This document shows positions 16,962 to 25,048 of a DNA stretch of 25,738 nt, one piece after another. The translations under genes were made by a program, and so were the position numbers. This DNA is from Clostridia bacterium (lineage in GTDB: Bacteria; Bacillota; Clostridia; Christensenellales; Aristaeellaceae), in the NCBI GenBank assembly GCA_017544935.1, contig JAFYDF010000026.1, forward strand, positions 1 to 25,738, given 5' to 3'. The notes below the pieces were generated by a model that saw nothing but the letters and a program-made list of their open reading frames with translations, was not told the DNA's origin and did not search any database. Every line of letters begins with the position of its first letter. Within the stretch, counting starts at the first letter, position 1.

Positions 16962-19229
16962 TCAGATAATCTTTTTGAAAGTAAATGCGCGCCGAAGGGC
17001 TAGAATCAGTTTCTTGAATCCGGAGAGCTGTTCGTCAAGAACTGATAAAGTAGCCCGGGAAGCAGCAAGCGCGCGATCATCCGGCAGATGCCGTCCATAG
17101 CGCAGCGCGCTGACAGCTGCTGCAATATCATGCAGATGCAGACCCATCTCCGCTTCAGCACGGGCAGCATAGGACAGTGGTGTTTCTTCTTCGTGCATAG
17201 GAAGCTTTAGGGCTGCAGTGTCTTCGAGAATTGCATTCCAAAGAATAAGCAGTGCGTGATCACGCTTCGCCTTAGTTGCACGGCGCAATGGTGCTGTGGC
17301 ATGGATACGCGCTGCCAGCAGGCAGAGCAGAGCGAGCAGAAGCAGCCAGAGCCAAGCGAAAGACGGCTTTTTCTGATTTTCAGACGGCGGGGGTGGATCC
17401 TCCTGCTGATCAGGTTCCGGCGGTGGAGTAGGTGTTGCCTCATCCTCCGGCGAAGGCTCGTCAGAAGGCTGGGGAGAAGGGGTGGATTGCGGCTCCTCAC
17501 TGGGCATATCCTCAGGCGGCGGCGGTGTCGGCGTTGCACCGTCAGACGGCGGTATGCTGCCACTCCTGTCACTTTCTCCGTGTCCGGGCGTGGCGTCAAA
17601 GGTGATCCAGCCCAGACCGTTCAGGTAGACTTCTGTCCAGGCATGAGCGTTTTCACCGCGAACGGTTGTTACGCCTCCGGCTTCCGGACGTACAAGATAA
17701 CCTTCCACATAACGTGCTGGAAGCCCGACCGCACGACATAGAACCGTCATGGCACTCGCGAAGTATGTACAGTATCCCTGCTTTTCAGCAAGCAGGAACC
17801 AGGCTACGAAATCGACATCCTGCGGCGGAGTCTGAACGTTCAGCGTATATGTGTAATTTATTTGCAGATAGTTCCGTAGGGCGACTGCTTTTTCCCATGG
17901 AGTAGTGCAGCCTGCGGTCGCTTCGGCAGCAAGATCAAAGACTTCCTGCTGAATGTGCGATGGAAGGGCCAAATATTGCTCTGTGGCTTGTGCCAGAGCC
18001 GGATCATTTACCAAAGCATTCTGCGCGGCCAGAGTTGCCATTCCGGTATCTGTTGCATTGGCAGAAACGTAGCGGACAGCATAGCTGTCGCCGACGACAG
18101 CATTGCGGGTAATAAAGACCTCGCTGGCTGCATTGAAATACGGAAGAATGTTTTCAGCCACTTTCAGTTCGCGCAGACGCTGGGGTACGAAAAGCGTGCT
18201 GGCACCCGGAGCAAGAAAATGCACAGTCACTTCTTTTTCAGACAGTGTCCCACTCAGAGGATAAGTCGTCTGGAAAAGCGAATTGCGGCGCTCGCGCTGC
18301 GGCATTGAATTCCAGTAATAGCGCTGGGCACTGATCGAATCATACCAGGCAGCACCTGAGTATGTGTCGAGAATCGCACCGCGAAGATAGACGGTTTCAT
18401 GTGTTTCTACTTCTAACAGCGGATAATTGAGAGGATCAGGCTTGCCGCCAAGACGGTGCTCGCCCTGTGGCATCCATCCATCTGCTGCCAGCGTATAACG
18501 GGCCCGCTCCTGAGTAAAGAAAAAGCGCGCTTCTATACGGTCACGTAGATTCTCATTAAACTGGGCGAGCGTCGGTGATTGCGTACCTTCCGGCGGTGCA
18601 ATAACCATGGAGATAGCTAACAGAAATGCAGTAACGGGCAGGAGAAAGAGAGGCAGACGTGCCTGGCGTGGATCCTCAATCGACGATGATTCATAATGAT
18701 GCGTAAACGCATACAGCATCATGAGAGCAGGAAACGCAGGGAGCAGGTACGGCGCACCCTTCTGCATCCCGCTCAGCCAGACTGCATAAAAAACACAGAC
18801 GGACGTCATGAATGCCGGCAGTACACCATTTTCGGGAGAGGTAAGCAGCCAGGCGAAAAGACCTGCGGCACAGGCAATGAAGCGTGCAGCAATGTCTCCA
18901 TGCAGCGAGAGCACAATGGGTTGTCCCTGTATAGACAAAATGATGTCCTGGAACAGGAGAATGGCATCTGCGACCGGCCCTGTGCGTTGAAGGGCATATA
19001 ATGTGCCCGAGACGAGGACGGCAATAACAAGTGCAATGCCAAACAGCTTGCGGCGTAGGCTCAGCATAGCACACACGAGAATTATGACAGTAATGATCAG
19101 CAAAAACCGCAGCAGGAGAAAACCCTGCCCAATGCCGACAAGGACGGGCAAGCCGATTCCAGCAGCCAGAAGGAGCGCAATCAGTGCACGCAACAAGGCG
19201 CAGCGCAGATGGTCATGCAGGCTGGACAT
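16962..19229 (-). CDS. Transglutaminase-domain membrane protein (TgpA-like: multi-TM N-terminal region, transglutaminase core, Pro/Glu-rich linker, TM helix, C-terminal domain)
   Basis: Cys-His-Asp core motifs QGYCTYFASAM, AHAWTEVY and WITFDAT. Six or more N-terminal TM helices. The preferred start is ATG 19229 (MSSLHD..), 6 nt after GGAGG (19240-19236); the track start at 19268 has no RBS. Confidence 0.9.
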   Translation of the reverse strand: MSSLHDHLRCALLRALIALLLAAGIGLPVLVGIGQGFLLLRFLLIITVIILVCAMLSLRRKLFGIALVIAVLVSGTLYALQRTGPVADAILLFQDIILSIQGQPIVLSLHGDIAARFIACAAGLFAWLLTSPENGVLPAFMTSVCVFYAVWLSGMQKGAPYLLPAFPALMMLYAFTHHYESSSIEDPRQARLPLFLLPVTAFLLAISMVIAPPEGTQSPTLAQFNENLRDRIEARFFFTQERARYTLAADGWMPQGEHRLGGKPDPLNYPLLEVETHETVYLRGAILDTYSGAAWYDSISAQRYYWNSMPQRERRNSLFQTTYPLSGTLSEKEVTVHFLAPGASTLFVPQRLRELKVAENILPYFNAASEVFITRNAVVGDSYAVRYVSANATDTGMATLAAQNALVNDPALAQATEQYLALPSHIQQEVFDLAAEATAGCTTPWEKAVALRNYLQINYTYTLNVQTPPQDVDFVAWFLLAEKQGYCTYFASAMTVLCRAVGLPARYVEGYLVRPEAGGVTTVRGENAHAWTEVYLNGLGWITFDATPGHGESDRSGSIPPSDGATPTPPPPEDMPSEEPQSTPSPQPSDEPSPEDEATPTPPPEPDQQEDPPPPSENQKKPSFAWLWLLLLALLCLLAARIHATAPLRRATKAKRDHALLILWNAILEDTAALKLPMHEEETPLSYAARAEAEMGLHLHDIAAAVSALRYGRHLPDDRALAASRATLSVLDEQLSGFKKLILALRRAFTFKKII

Positions 19230-20361
19230 AACACACCTCCACTGAATGCTGCTGCAGACGTGCAACATAGGGACGATCCTGAGGAGCGTCTGGGTTCATA
19301 GTGACAAGGCACAGGCGTACGGAAGGCCCCGCACGCCGCATCTGGCATACCGCCTCAACGATCTCAGCAGTCAGCTGTGCTGTTATAACAGCTGTTGCGC
19401 CAGTGCGGCGCATGCGGCGTAGTTCCAGCGCCAGCAGGTCAGAAAAATCAGCCGTGCTGTTGAATGATATCAGTGCAAGCTGTTCAGCCAGATGAATTGT
19501 ATCTGCTGCAGAAGTAGATGAGAACTCATCATTGACTTCTCCGTAAAGTGGCAAGATCACAGGGTCGCCTGACTTAAGCTGCATTTCAGCTATACTGAGC
19601 GCTGTTTCGCACAGTGCATCGCGGAGTGAAGCCACGGATGATTCTGCTGACGAAGAAAACTGTACCGCTGATGGATTCATGAGGATCAGCGTATCAGGCG
19701 GTGCCGGTGTCTCAAATTTGCGTACCAGGAGTTCTCGCTTGCGCGCACTGAGCTTCCAGTGAACACGCTTGAGCGGGTCACCCTGTCGGTAAACGCGGAT
19801 ATCTTCCGGGCTTGAAAGATCTTCAACAGCGCGGTTCTGCTGCATGCCACCTTCGCTCTCGGACAGAAAGCGCAGCGGATCTGTGGCAAAGCTGCGTGGC
19901 AGTACGGTGAGTGGCAGCAGTGCCTCTTCCGTATTTGCCTTTCCCCGTATTAAACCAAGAATGTCTGTAAAAAGAATCAGACGCACACCAACTGCAGGCA
20001 TTCCTACATGACGTGCAGGAAGATCTGCGCTAAGTATGGCAGTTTGTTTTTCAAGTGTTACAGGATATTCGATGAGCCGCTCATCTGTCTGAACAAAAAC
20101 ACGCAGCGGCGAGACCGGTAACAGGCAGCGGCAGGTCAAATGAACGGATAGAGAGACAGCTTCTCCGCGTGGTGTTTGCTGCGAAGACAGTGTCAATTCA
20201 GAAATGATGCTGCGGCGGACAATGAATACTGTAAGGATAGAATAGAACAATGCGAGAGCAGAAAAAATCGCTGCTATATAGCAGATGCGCGCACCAAAGG
20301 AAAGACCCGCATAGAGCGCGCCAAGAATAAATATCGCCAACGCGCGTCCGCGCGCTGTCAT
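19213..20361 (-). CDS. DUF58 domain-containing protein
   Basis: Two N-terminal TM helices, then the DUF58 signature VRVYRQGDPLKRVHWKLSARKRELLVRKFE. The start ATG overlaps the MoxR stop (ATGA at 20358-20361). Confidence 0.85.
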   Translation of the reverse strand: MTARGRALAIFILGALYAGLSFGARICYIAAIFSALALFYSILTVFIVRRSIISELTLSSQQTPRGEAVSLSVHLTCRCLLPVSPLRVFVQTDERLIEYPVTLEKQTAILSADLPARHVGMPAVGVRLILFTDILGLIRGKANTEEALLPLTVLPRSFATDPLRFLSESEGGMQQNRAVEDLSSPEDIRVYRQGDPLKRVHWKLSARKRELLVRKFETPAPPDTLILMNPSAVQFSSSAESSVASLRDALCETALSIAEMQLKSGDPVILPLYGEVNDEFSSTSAADTIHLAEQLALISFNSTADFSDLLALELRRMRRTGATAVITAQLTAEIVEAVCQMRRAGPSVRLCLVTMNPDAPQDRPYVARLQQHSVEVCYVQPA

Positions 20362-21311
20362 GTGCGACTGCCCGGAACGGGCGTAGTAGCAATCAAGGCA
20401 GACAATAACTGTTCAACGTTCTGCCGGCGGACACGTGCTTCGGGTGTCAGGATGAGCCTGTGTGCCAGTACGGGAATCGCCATACGGCGGATATCATCGG
20501 GAAGCACATAATCCCGTCCGCTCAGTACGGCACATGCCTGAGCAGCGCGGACAAGGGCAATACCAGCACGCGGTGAGGCACCAAGCGCAAGCTGTGGATG
20601 TTCACGGGTCAAAGCGGTCAGCTTGGCTACATAGGCGAGGGCTTCACGGCTGCAGTAGATCGTTCCAACCTGTTCCTGCATGGCGACCACATCCTGAGCG
20701 GTACAAATACTCTGCAACGTAGAAAGCGGAGAAACAGTGCCAGAATACCTGGCAAGTACGTCCATTTCCTCCTCAACGGAGGGATAGCCAATACGGATGC
20801 GTAGAAAAAAACGGTCCATCTGCGCTTCGGGCAGCGGATAGGTACCGACAAAGTCGACAGGATTCTGCGTGGCCAGCACCATGAATGGCCGGGGCAGCGG
20901 ATGCGTGATGCCATCTACAGTGACCTGTCCTTCTTCCATGACTTCCAGAAGGCTGGACTGTGTACGCGGTGACGTGCGGTTGATTTCGTCTGCCAGAACG
21001 ATCTGGCTCATGACGGCACCGGGCTTGAACTCCATTTGGCCCGTCTGCAGCGATGGCATGGTAAAGCCTGTGATATCACTGGGCATAACATCCGGAGTAA
21101 ACTGAATGCGCCTAAATGAGCAGGAGAGCGAACGTGCCAGTGCGGCGACCAAAGTAGTCTTGCCTACGCCCGGCACATCCTCGATCAAAACATGGCCTTT
21201 GGCCAACAGGGCAATGAGCGCCAGTTCGATAGCGTCTTCTTTGCCGACGATGACACGGCGCACATTCTGTTGAAGTGCATATACGATGGAACGAACCTGT
21301 TCTTGCTGCAT
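20358..21311 (-). CDS. MoxR-family AAA+ ATPase
   Basis: Walker A in EDVPGVGKTTL, Walker B in VLADEINR, VLATQNP (sensor 1 region) and GASPRAGIAL (C-terminal lid). AAGGAG RBS 8 nt before the ATG. Confidence 0.92.
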   Translation of the reverse strand: MQQEQVRSIVYALQQNVRRVIVGKEDAIELALIALLAKGHVLIEDVPGVGKTTLVAALARSLSCSFRRIQFTPDVMPSDITGFTMPSLQTGQMEFKPGAVMSQIVLADEINRTSPRTQSSLLEVMEEGQVTVDGITHPLPRPFMVLATQNPVDFVGTYPLPEAQMDRFFLRIRIGYPSVEEEMDVLARYSGTVSPLSTLQSICTAQDVVAMQEQVGTIYCSREALAYVAKLTALTREHPQLALGASPRAGIALVRAAQACAVLSGRDYVLPDDIRRMAIPVLAHRLILTPEARVRRQNVEQLLSALIATTPVPGSRT

Positions 21312-21345
21312 TTGTAAGGCTCCTTAAAGTCGAATGATCGTGTTC

Positions 21346-21374
21346 AGTATACCGCAAATAATACAGATTCGCAA
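21346..21374 (-). promoter_or_regulatory. Candidate promoter of the MoxR-DUF58-transglutaminase operon
   Basis: On the minus strand: TTGCGA (21374-21369), a 17-nt spacer, then TATACT (21351-21346). About 35 nt upstream of ATG 21311. Confidence 0.45.
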
Positions 21375-21418
21375 ATATTACGTAAGACATATGCAACAAT
21401 TATCGCTCGTTTTTACAA

Positions 21419-21447
21419 TTGACGAATGGCCGGTGAAGGCATATAGT
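21419..21447 (+). promoter_or_regulatory. Candidate promoter of the alpha/beta hydrolase gene
   Basis: TTGACG (21419-21424), a 17-nt spacer, then TATAGT (21442-21447). About 40 nt upstream of ATG 21489. Confidence 0.45.
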
Positions 21448-21488
21448 TATAAAAAAGGTATTTATATATAATCAAAGGGGTGAGGTAT

Positions 21489-22418
21489 ATGGAAAAAACG
21501 ATGGATATCCTCGTGAAAGAACCGCTTGTACTGCAGACGACCGATTATGTGTATACGCAGAAGCCTTACTGGTGTCATGGCAGCCTGGAATCGAGAAAGC
21601 TTACCGTATTGCGTCCGCGCTGCCATTTCTCATATGATCCGCCTATGCAGCCGCGTCCGTGCGTGGTATGGGTTTGTGGTGGTGGATGGACAGAAGTCGA
21701 TCATAATGTCTGGCTGCCTGAACTGACATGGCTTGTAAAGGCAGGCTTTGTGGTAGCGAGCGTTGATTATTCGCTGACGCCCACCTGGTTCTTCCCGGAA
21801 CCGCTCAAGGATATCAAACTGGCTATCCGCTGGCTGCGTGCGCATGCGGATATGCTGGGTATCGATCCGAAACACATGGCGGTGATGGGGGAGAGCGCCG
21901 GCGGGCATCTGGCCGCACTGACGGCACTGACCGGAGAGCTTGCACAGTTTGAAAGTAAAGAATACGCCGACCAGTCGGACGGCGTACAGGCTGCTGTATG
22001 CTATTATCCCTGTGTGGATATGGCGGACTTCGAAGGACGTGGGGAATTGGATTCATATGACAGAACACCGCAGGCGCTGCTGCGTGGAAAACTGGAACCG
22101 CAGAGCATTGAAGGAGGAGTAGCGGAGATACGCAAACATCCTGAGCGTGCTGCAGCGATGGATCCGCGGACATATATAACTCCTGAAGCACCGCCGTTCC
22201 TGATGATGCATGGTACATGCGACAGCATTGTGCCTATTGTGCACAGCGAACGTCTGTATGCAGCGCTGACAGAGGCAGGGATCGAAGCAGATTTTATTCG
22301 CGTACAGGGCGCAGACCATGCCGATTACCGGTTCTATCAGCAACCGATCCGTGATGAGATTCTTTCATTCCTGAAAAAGAACCTATATGTGAAAGATCAG
22401 GTCAGAAGAAAAAGCTGA
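21489..22418 (+). CDS. Alpha/beta hydrolase (esterase/lipase-type)
   Basis: Oxyanion-region VWVCGGGW, nucleophile elbow GESAGGH (GxSxG), and the acid/His region HGTCDSIVP .. GADHAD. The preferred start is ATG 21489, after GGGGTGAGG; the track GTG at 21480 lies inside that RBS. Confidence 0.8.
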   Translation: MEKTMDILVKEPLVLQTTDYVYTQKPYWCHGSLESRKLTVLRPRCHFSYDPPMQPRPCVVWVCGGGWTEVDHNVWLPELTWLVKAGFVVASVDYSLTPTWFFPEPLKDIKLAIRWLRAHADMLGIDPKHMAVMGESAGGHLAALTALTGELAQFESKEYADQSDGVQAAVCYYPCVDMADFEGRGELDSYDRTPQALLRGKLEPQSIEGGVAEIRKHPERAAAMDPRTYITPEAPPFLMMHGTCDSIVPIVHSERLYAALTEAGIEADFIRVQGADHADYRFYQQPIRDEILSFLKKNLYVKDQVRRKS

Positions 22419-22812
22419 GAACCAGATAGATCACGCAGCAAGCTGCATCTGCCAACAACAGACAGAGATCTTTTTCCTGATCCTCCAGTTCTTCAAACGT
22501 GGGGCCTGGCTTTTCATCGATATAGTCAATCATATCCCCATACTGACGCTTGGGCTTCTTGCGTAGATTGACACGGGTCATGAGCGGCTTGGGTAAGGTC
22601 ACCCCGTCCATGCGCAGGTAAGCGATCCAGGCTAGTGCGACAAACAGCAGTGCCAGCAGCAGAAAAGAAAGTCCAAGAAAACGCGGCGTGTTCTTTCCAA
22701 CTAAATAATTGACAACCAGGATGACGGCTAAAGCGGCAAGAAAACGTACAGAGAACGCATATATGGCGGGACGCAGGAGAGCGTTCCGCCATTTTTCACG
22801 CAGTTTTTTCAT
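22402..22812 (-). CDS. Small hypothetical membrane protein (about 3 TM helices)
   Basis: 136-aa ORF with GGAGGTG RBS 8 nt before ATG 22812. Hydrophobic segments AIYAFSVRFLAALAVILVV, LGLSFLLLALLFVALAWIAYL and LCLLLADAACCVIYLVLSFFF. I recognise no family. Confidence 0.6.
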   Translation of the reverse strand: MKKLREKWRNALLRPAIYAFSVRFLAALAVILVVNYLVGKNTPRFLGLSFLLLALLFVALAWIAYLRMDGVTLPKPLMTRVNLRKKPKRQYGDMIDYIDEKPGPTFEELEDQEKDLCLLLADAACCVIYLVLSFFF

Positions 22813-22874
22813 GTTAATACACCTCCAATATAACTATACACGCCACAAATGCGAACCGCAAGAGCCAAAATGGA

Positions 22875-22926
22875 TTTTTGAAACTAGAAAATTTCAAAAA
22901 CGCCCTTTATACAGGGAGTGTATAAA
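22875..22926. promoter_or_regulatory. Two adjacent AT-rich inverted repeats upstream of the ABC-transporter promoter (candidate operator sites)
   Basis: IR1: TTTTTGAAA (22875-22883), 8 nt, TTTCAAAAA (22892-22900). IR2: TTTATACA (22906-22913), 5 nt, TGTATAAA (22919-22926). Both are perfect and lie 40-90 nt upstream of the -35 box. Confidence 0.25.
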
Positions 22927-22966
22927 AAGAATATGCAACTTTTTTGTATTTGGATTGTATTTTGGC

Positions 22967-22995
22967 TTGACGGGTAGAAGATGCATGCGTATAAT
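22967..22995 (+). promoter_or_regulatory. Promoter of the peptide ABC-transporter operon
   Basis: TTGACG (22967-22972), a 17-nt spacer, then a perfect TATAAT (22990-22995). About 48 nt upstream of ATG 23044. Confidence 0.5.
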
Positions 22996-23043
22996 TCTGC
23001 ATATAACGTCAGATCGACGAAAAAATGTAGGGGAGGAAAACCT

Positions 23044-24915
23044 ATGAAGAAGTATTTATCCATGATTCTGGTACTGGTACTTGTGCTGACCAGCTGGACC
23101 GTGATGGCTTCCGCTGATGAGATCAAGGATTTCCGTGACTACCAGACAGTCGTCAATGAGATGGAAACATTCTGCTATCAGTATTCTCAGAAGGCACTGG
23201 ATCTGAACGTGCTGAGCAATGCTTATGACCATCTGTTGACCAACACGCCTAACGGCGGCCTGGCGCCAGCTGTCGCCACTGAGTGGTATACCGAAGACGG
23301 CAGTGTGTCCTGGACATTTGTCCTGCGCGATGACGTAAAGTGGGTCGATTATGAAGGCAACTATAAGGCTGATGTGATTGCTGAAGACTTTGCGACCGGC
23401 CTTGAATGGGTTCTGAACTATCATAAGAACGCTGCGGCGAACACCTCGATGCCTATCCAGATGATCAAGGGCGCTGGCGAGTACTATGAGTACACCAAGG
23501 CACTGCCCGAAGATGAAGGCAAAGCCCTGCTCCTGGATAAGTTCTACGAGATGGTAGGATGTGTGGTAGATGGCAACAAGATCACCTTCACCTGCATTGA
23601 TGCCACTCCGTGGTTCCCGACCCTGGCCTGCTACAACTGCCTGGCTCCTATCAGTGCTAAACTGATTGAGGAAATCGGTGTAGATGGTTACTTCGGCGCG
23701 GACAATACCACAATCTGGTACAACGGCCCTTACACCATCACTTACTATGCACAGGGCAATGAAAAGATCCTGACCAAGAACCCGCTGTACTATGATACTA
23801 GCGCAAAGCTGTTTGATACCGTAACGATCAAGATGGTTGATGACCTGAATGTTGCTTTCACGATGTTCACCGCCGGCGAGCTGGATTATGTTGAACTGAC
23901 TGAATCCGAGATCGCTACTATCTCTAATCCCAGCAACGAGTGGAATGCATATATGGTTCCCACTCGTCAGACCAAGTACAGCTACAACTGGAAGTGGAAT
24001 TACGCAAAGAACAAGGAAGATGGTACGCCTGATGTAAATTGGAATACCGCCATCGCTAACGAGAACTTCCGCTTGTCCATGTACTATGGCTTGGATCTGA
24101 CAAATTATCTGGCACGTACTAACAGCCTGGATCCGCTTTCTCTGCAGAACTATGCATATACGGCTCGCAACCTGGTAGCGAAGAGTGATGGCACTGAGTA
24201 TACGCAGCTGGTTCTCGACAACCTGAATATTGACATGAGTGACTTGAGCACTTATATCCGTTATGATGCCGAGAAAGCGGCTGCCTATAAGGCGAAGGCA
24301 ATCGAAGAACTGACCGCGAAGGGCGTCACCTTCCCCGTTGAGATGGACTGGTATATTTCCGGTTCCAGCCAAGTGGCCAAGGATACAGCAGACGTGCTGG
24401 CTCAGATCTTTGCTGACTGCCTGGGCACTGACTACATTAACTTTGTGACGAAGACCTATGTCAGCAACTTCACTCAGGAAGTCCGCAATCCGAGACTGCA
24501 TTCTCTGGCTTCCAGCGGCTGGGGTGCCGACTATGCTGACCCGATCAACTTCATTGGCCAGGAAATCATCAATGATGATAATGCTTTCTATGCTGTCAGC
24601 TACACCAATGCGAATGATATCACTGATCCTGAGCTGCGGGCGGAATATGAAGAGTTTACTCGCCTGACTAACGAAGCCCATGCAATTACGAGTGATATCG
24701 ATGCTCGCTACGATGCGCTGGCCAAAGCTGAAGCGTACATGATTGAGCACGTACTTGCCTTCCCGACCTACTACAACAAGACTTGGCAGCTGACCTGTGT
24801 CAATGACAGCAGCAAGATCTACTCTCTGTATGGCGTGCAGTCCACCCGTTATGTAAACTGGGAGACCAACGACCAGATCTACACTGCTGACGAATACGCC
24901 GAGTTTCTGAAGTAA
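23044..24915 (+). CDS. ABC transporter substrate-binding protein, family 5 (peptide/oligopeptide/nickel type, OppA/DppA-like)
   Basis: The preferred start is ATG 23044 (MKKYLSMILVLVLVLTSWTVMASADE, a signal peptide) after GGGGAGGAAAA. SBP_bac_5-like core: GGLAPAVATEWYTEDGSVSWTFVLRDDVKWVD..ADVIAEDF. It is followed by a cognate permease gene. Confidence 0.9.
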   Translation: MKKYLSMILVLVLVLTSWTVMASADEIKDFRDYQTVVNEMETFCYQYSQKALDLNVLSNAYDHLLTNTPNGGLAPAVATEWYTEDGSVSWTFVLRDDVKWVDYEGNYKADVIAEDFATGLEWVLNYHKNAAANTSMPIQMIKGAGEYYEYTKALPEDEGKALLLDKFYEMVGCVVDGNKITFTCIDATPWFPTLACYNCLAPISAKLIEEIGVDGYFGADNTTIWYNGPYTITYYAQGNEKILTKNPLYYDTSAKLFDTVTIKMVDDLNVAFTMFTAGELDYVELTESEIATISNPSNEWNAYMVPTRQTKYSYNWKWNYAKNKEDGTPDVNWNTAIANENFRLSMYYGLDLTNYLARTNSLDPLSLQNYAYTARNLVAKSDGTEYTQLVLDNLNIDMSDLSTYIRYDAEKAAAYKAKAIEELTAKGVTFPVEMDWYISGSSQVAKDTADVLAQIFADCLGTDYINFVTKTYVSNFTQEVRNPRLHSLASSGWGADYADPINFIGQEIINDDNAFYAVSYTNANDITDPELRAEYEEFTRLTNEAHAITSDIDARYDALAKAEAYMIEHVLAFPTYYNKTWQLTCVNDSSKIYSLYGVQSTRYVNWETNDQIYTADEYAEFLK

Positions 24916-24930
24916 TTCAATCTGTCAGGA

Positions 24931-24958
24931 AGGGCGCCCTCCCTGCGGAGGGCGCCCC
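24931..24958 (+). terminator. GC-rich hairpin just after the SBP gene (partial terminator or attenuator)
   Basis: AGGGCGCCCTCC (24931-24942), loop CTGC, then GGAGGGCGCCCC; 11 of 12 positions pair. It is followed by TCTCCATTTAT, a weak U-tract. Confidence 0.45.
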
Positions 24959-24975
24959 TCTCCATTTATCCGGCG

Positions 24976-25022
24976 GTTGCCGGAGGGCGATACCGATGTA
25001 AGCGATGCCGCCCCCCGGCAAC
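24976..25022 (+). other. Second intercistronic hairpin between the SBP and permease genes
   Basis: GTTGCCGGAGGGCG (24976-24989) pairs with CGCCCCCCGGCAAC (25009-25022), with 1 mismatch in 14. An alternative local hairpin CCGGCggttGCCGG lies at 24970-24983. Confidence 0.3.
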
Positions 25023-25048
25023 AAAATGTAAGCAAAGGGGATGAACAG

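Noticed and set aside
16915-17100. A 61-aa plus-strand ORF in and beyond the topB/transglutaminase intergenic region
   Set aside because: It mostly overlaps the 3' end of the transglutaminase gene in antisense. It has no RBS and an Arg/Ser-rich translation that does not look protein-like.
22833-22861. TTGCGG-17-TATAGT on the minus strand as the promoter of the small membrane-protein gene
   Set aside because: The predicted transcription start would fall inside the gene's own GGAGG ribosome-binding site. The geometry is implausible without experimental support.
23056-24750. A 564-aa ORF antisense to the substrate-binding protein gene
   Set aside because: It lies in the codon-for-codon antisense register of the sense gene, where stops can arise only from the sense codons TTA, CTA and TCA. 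It is therefore a codon-bias shadow ORF. It has no RBS, and its translation is low-complexity and not protein-like.
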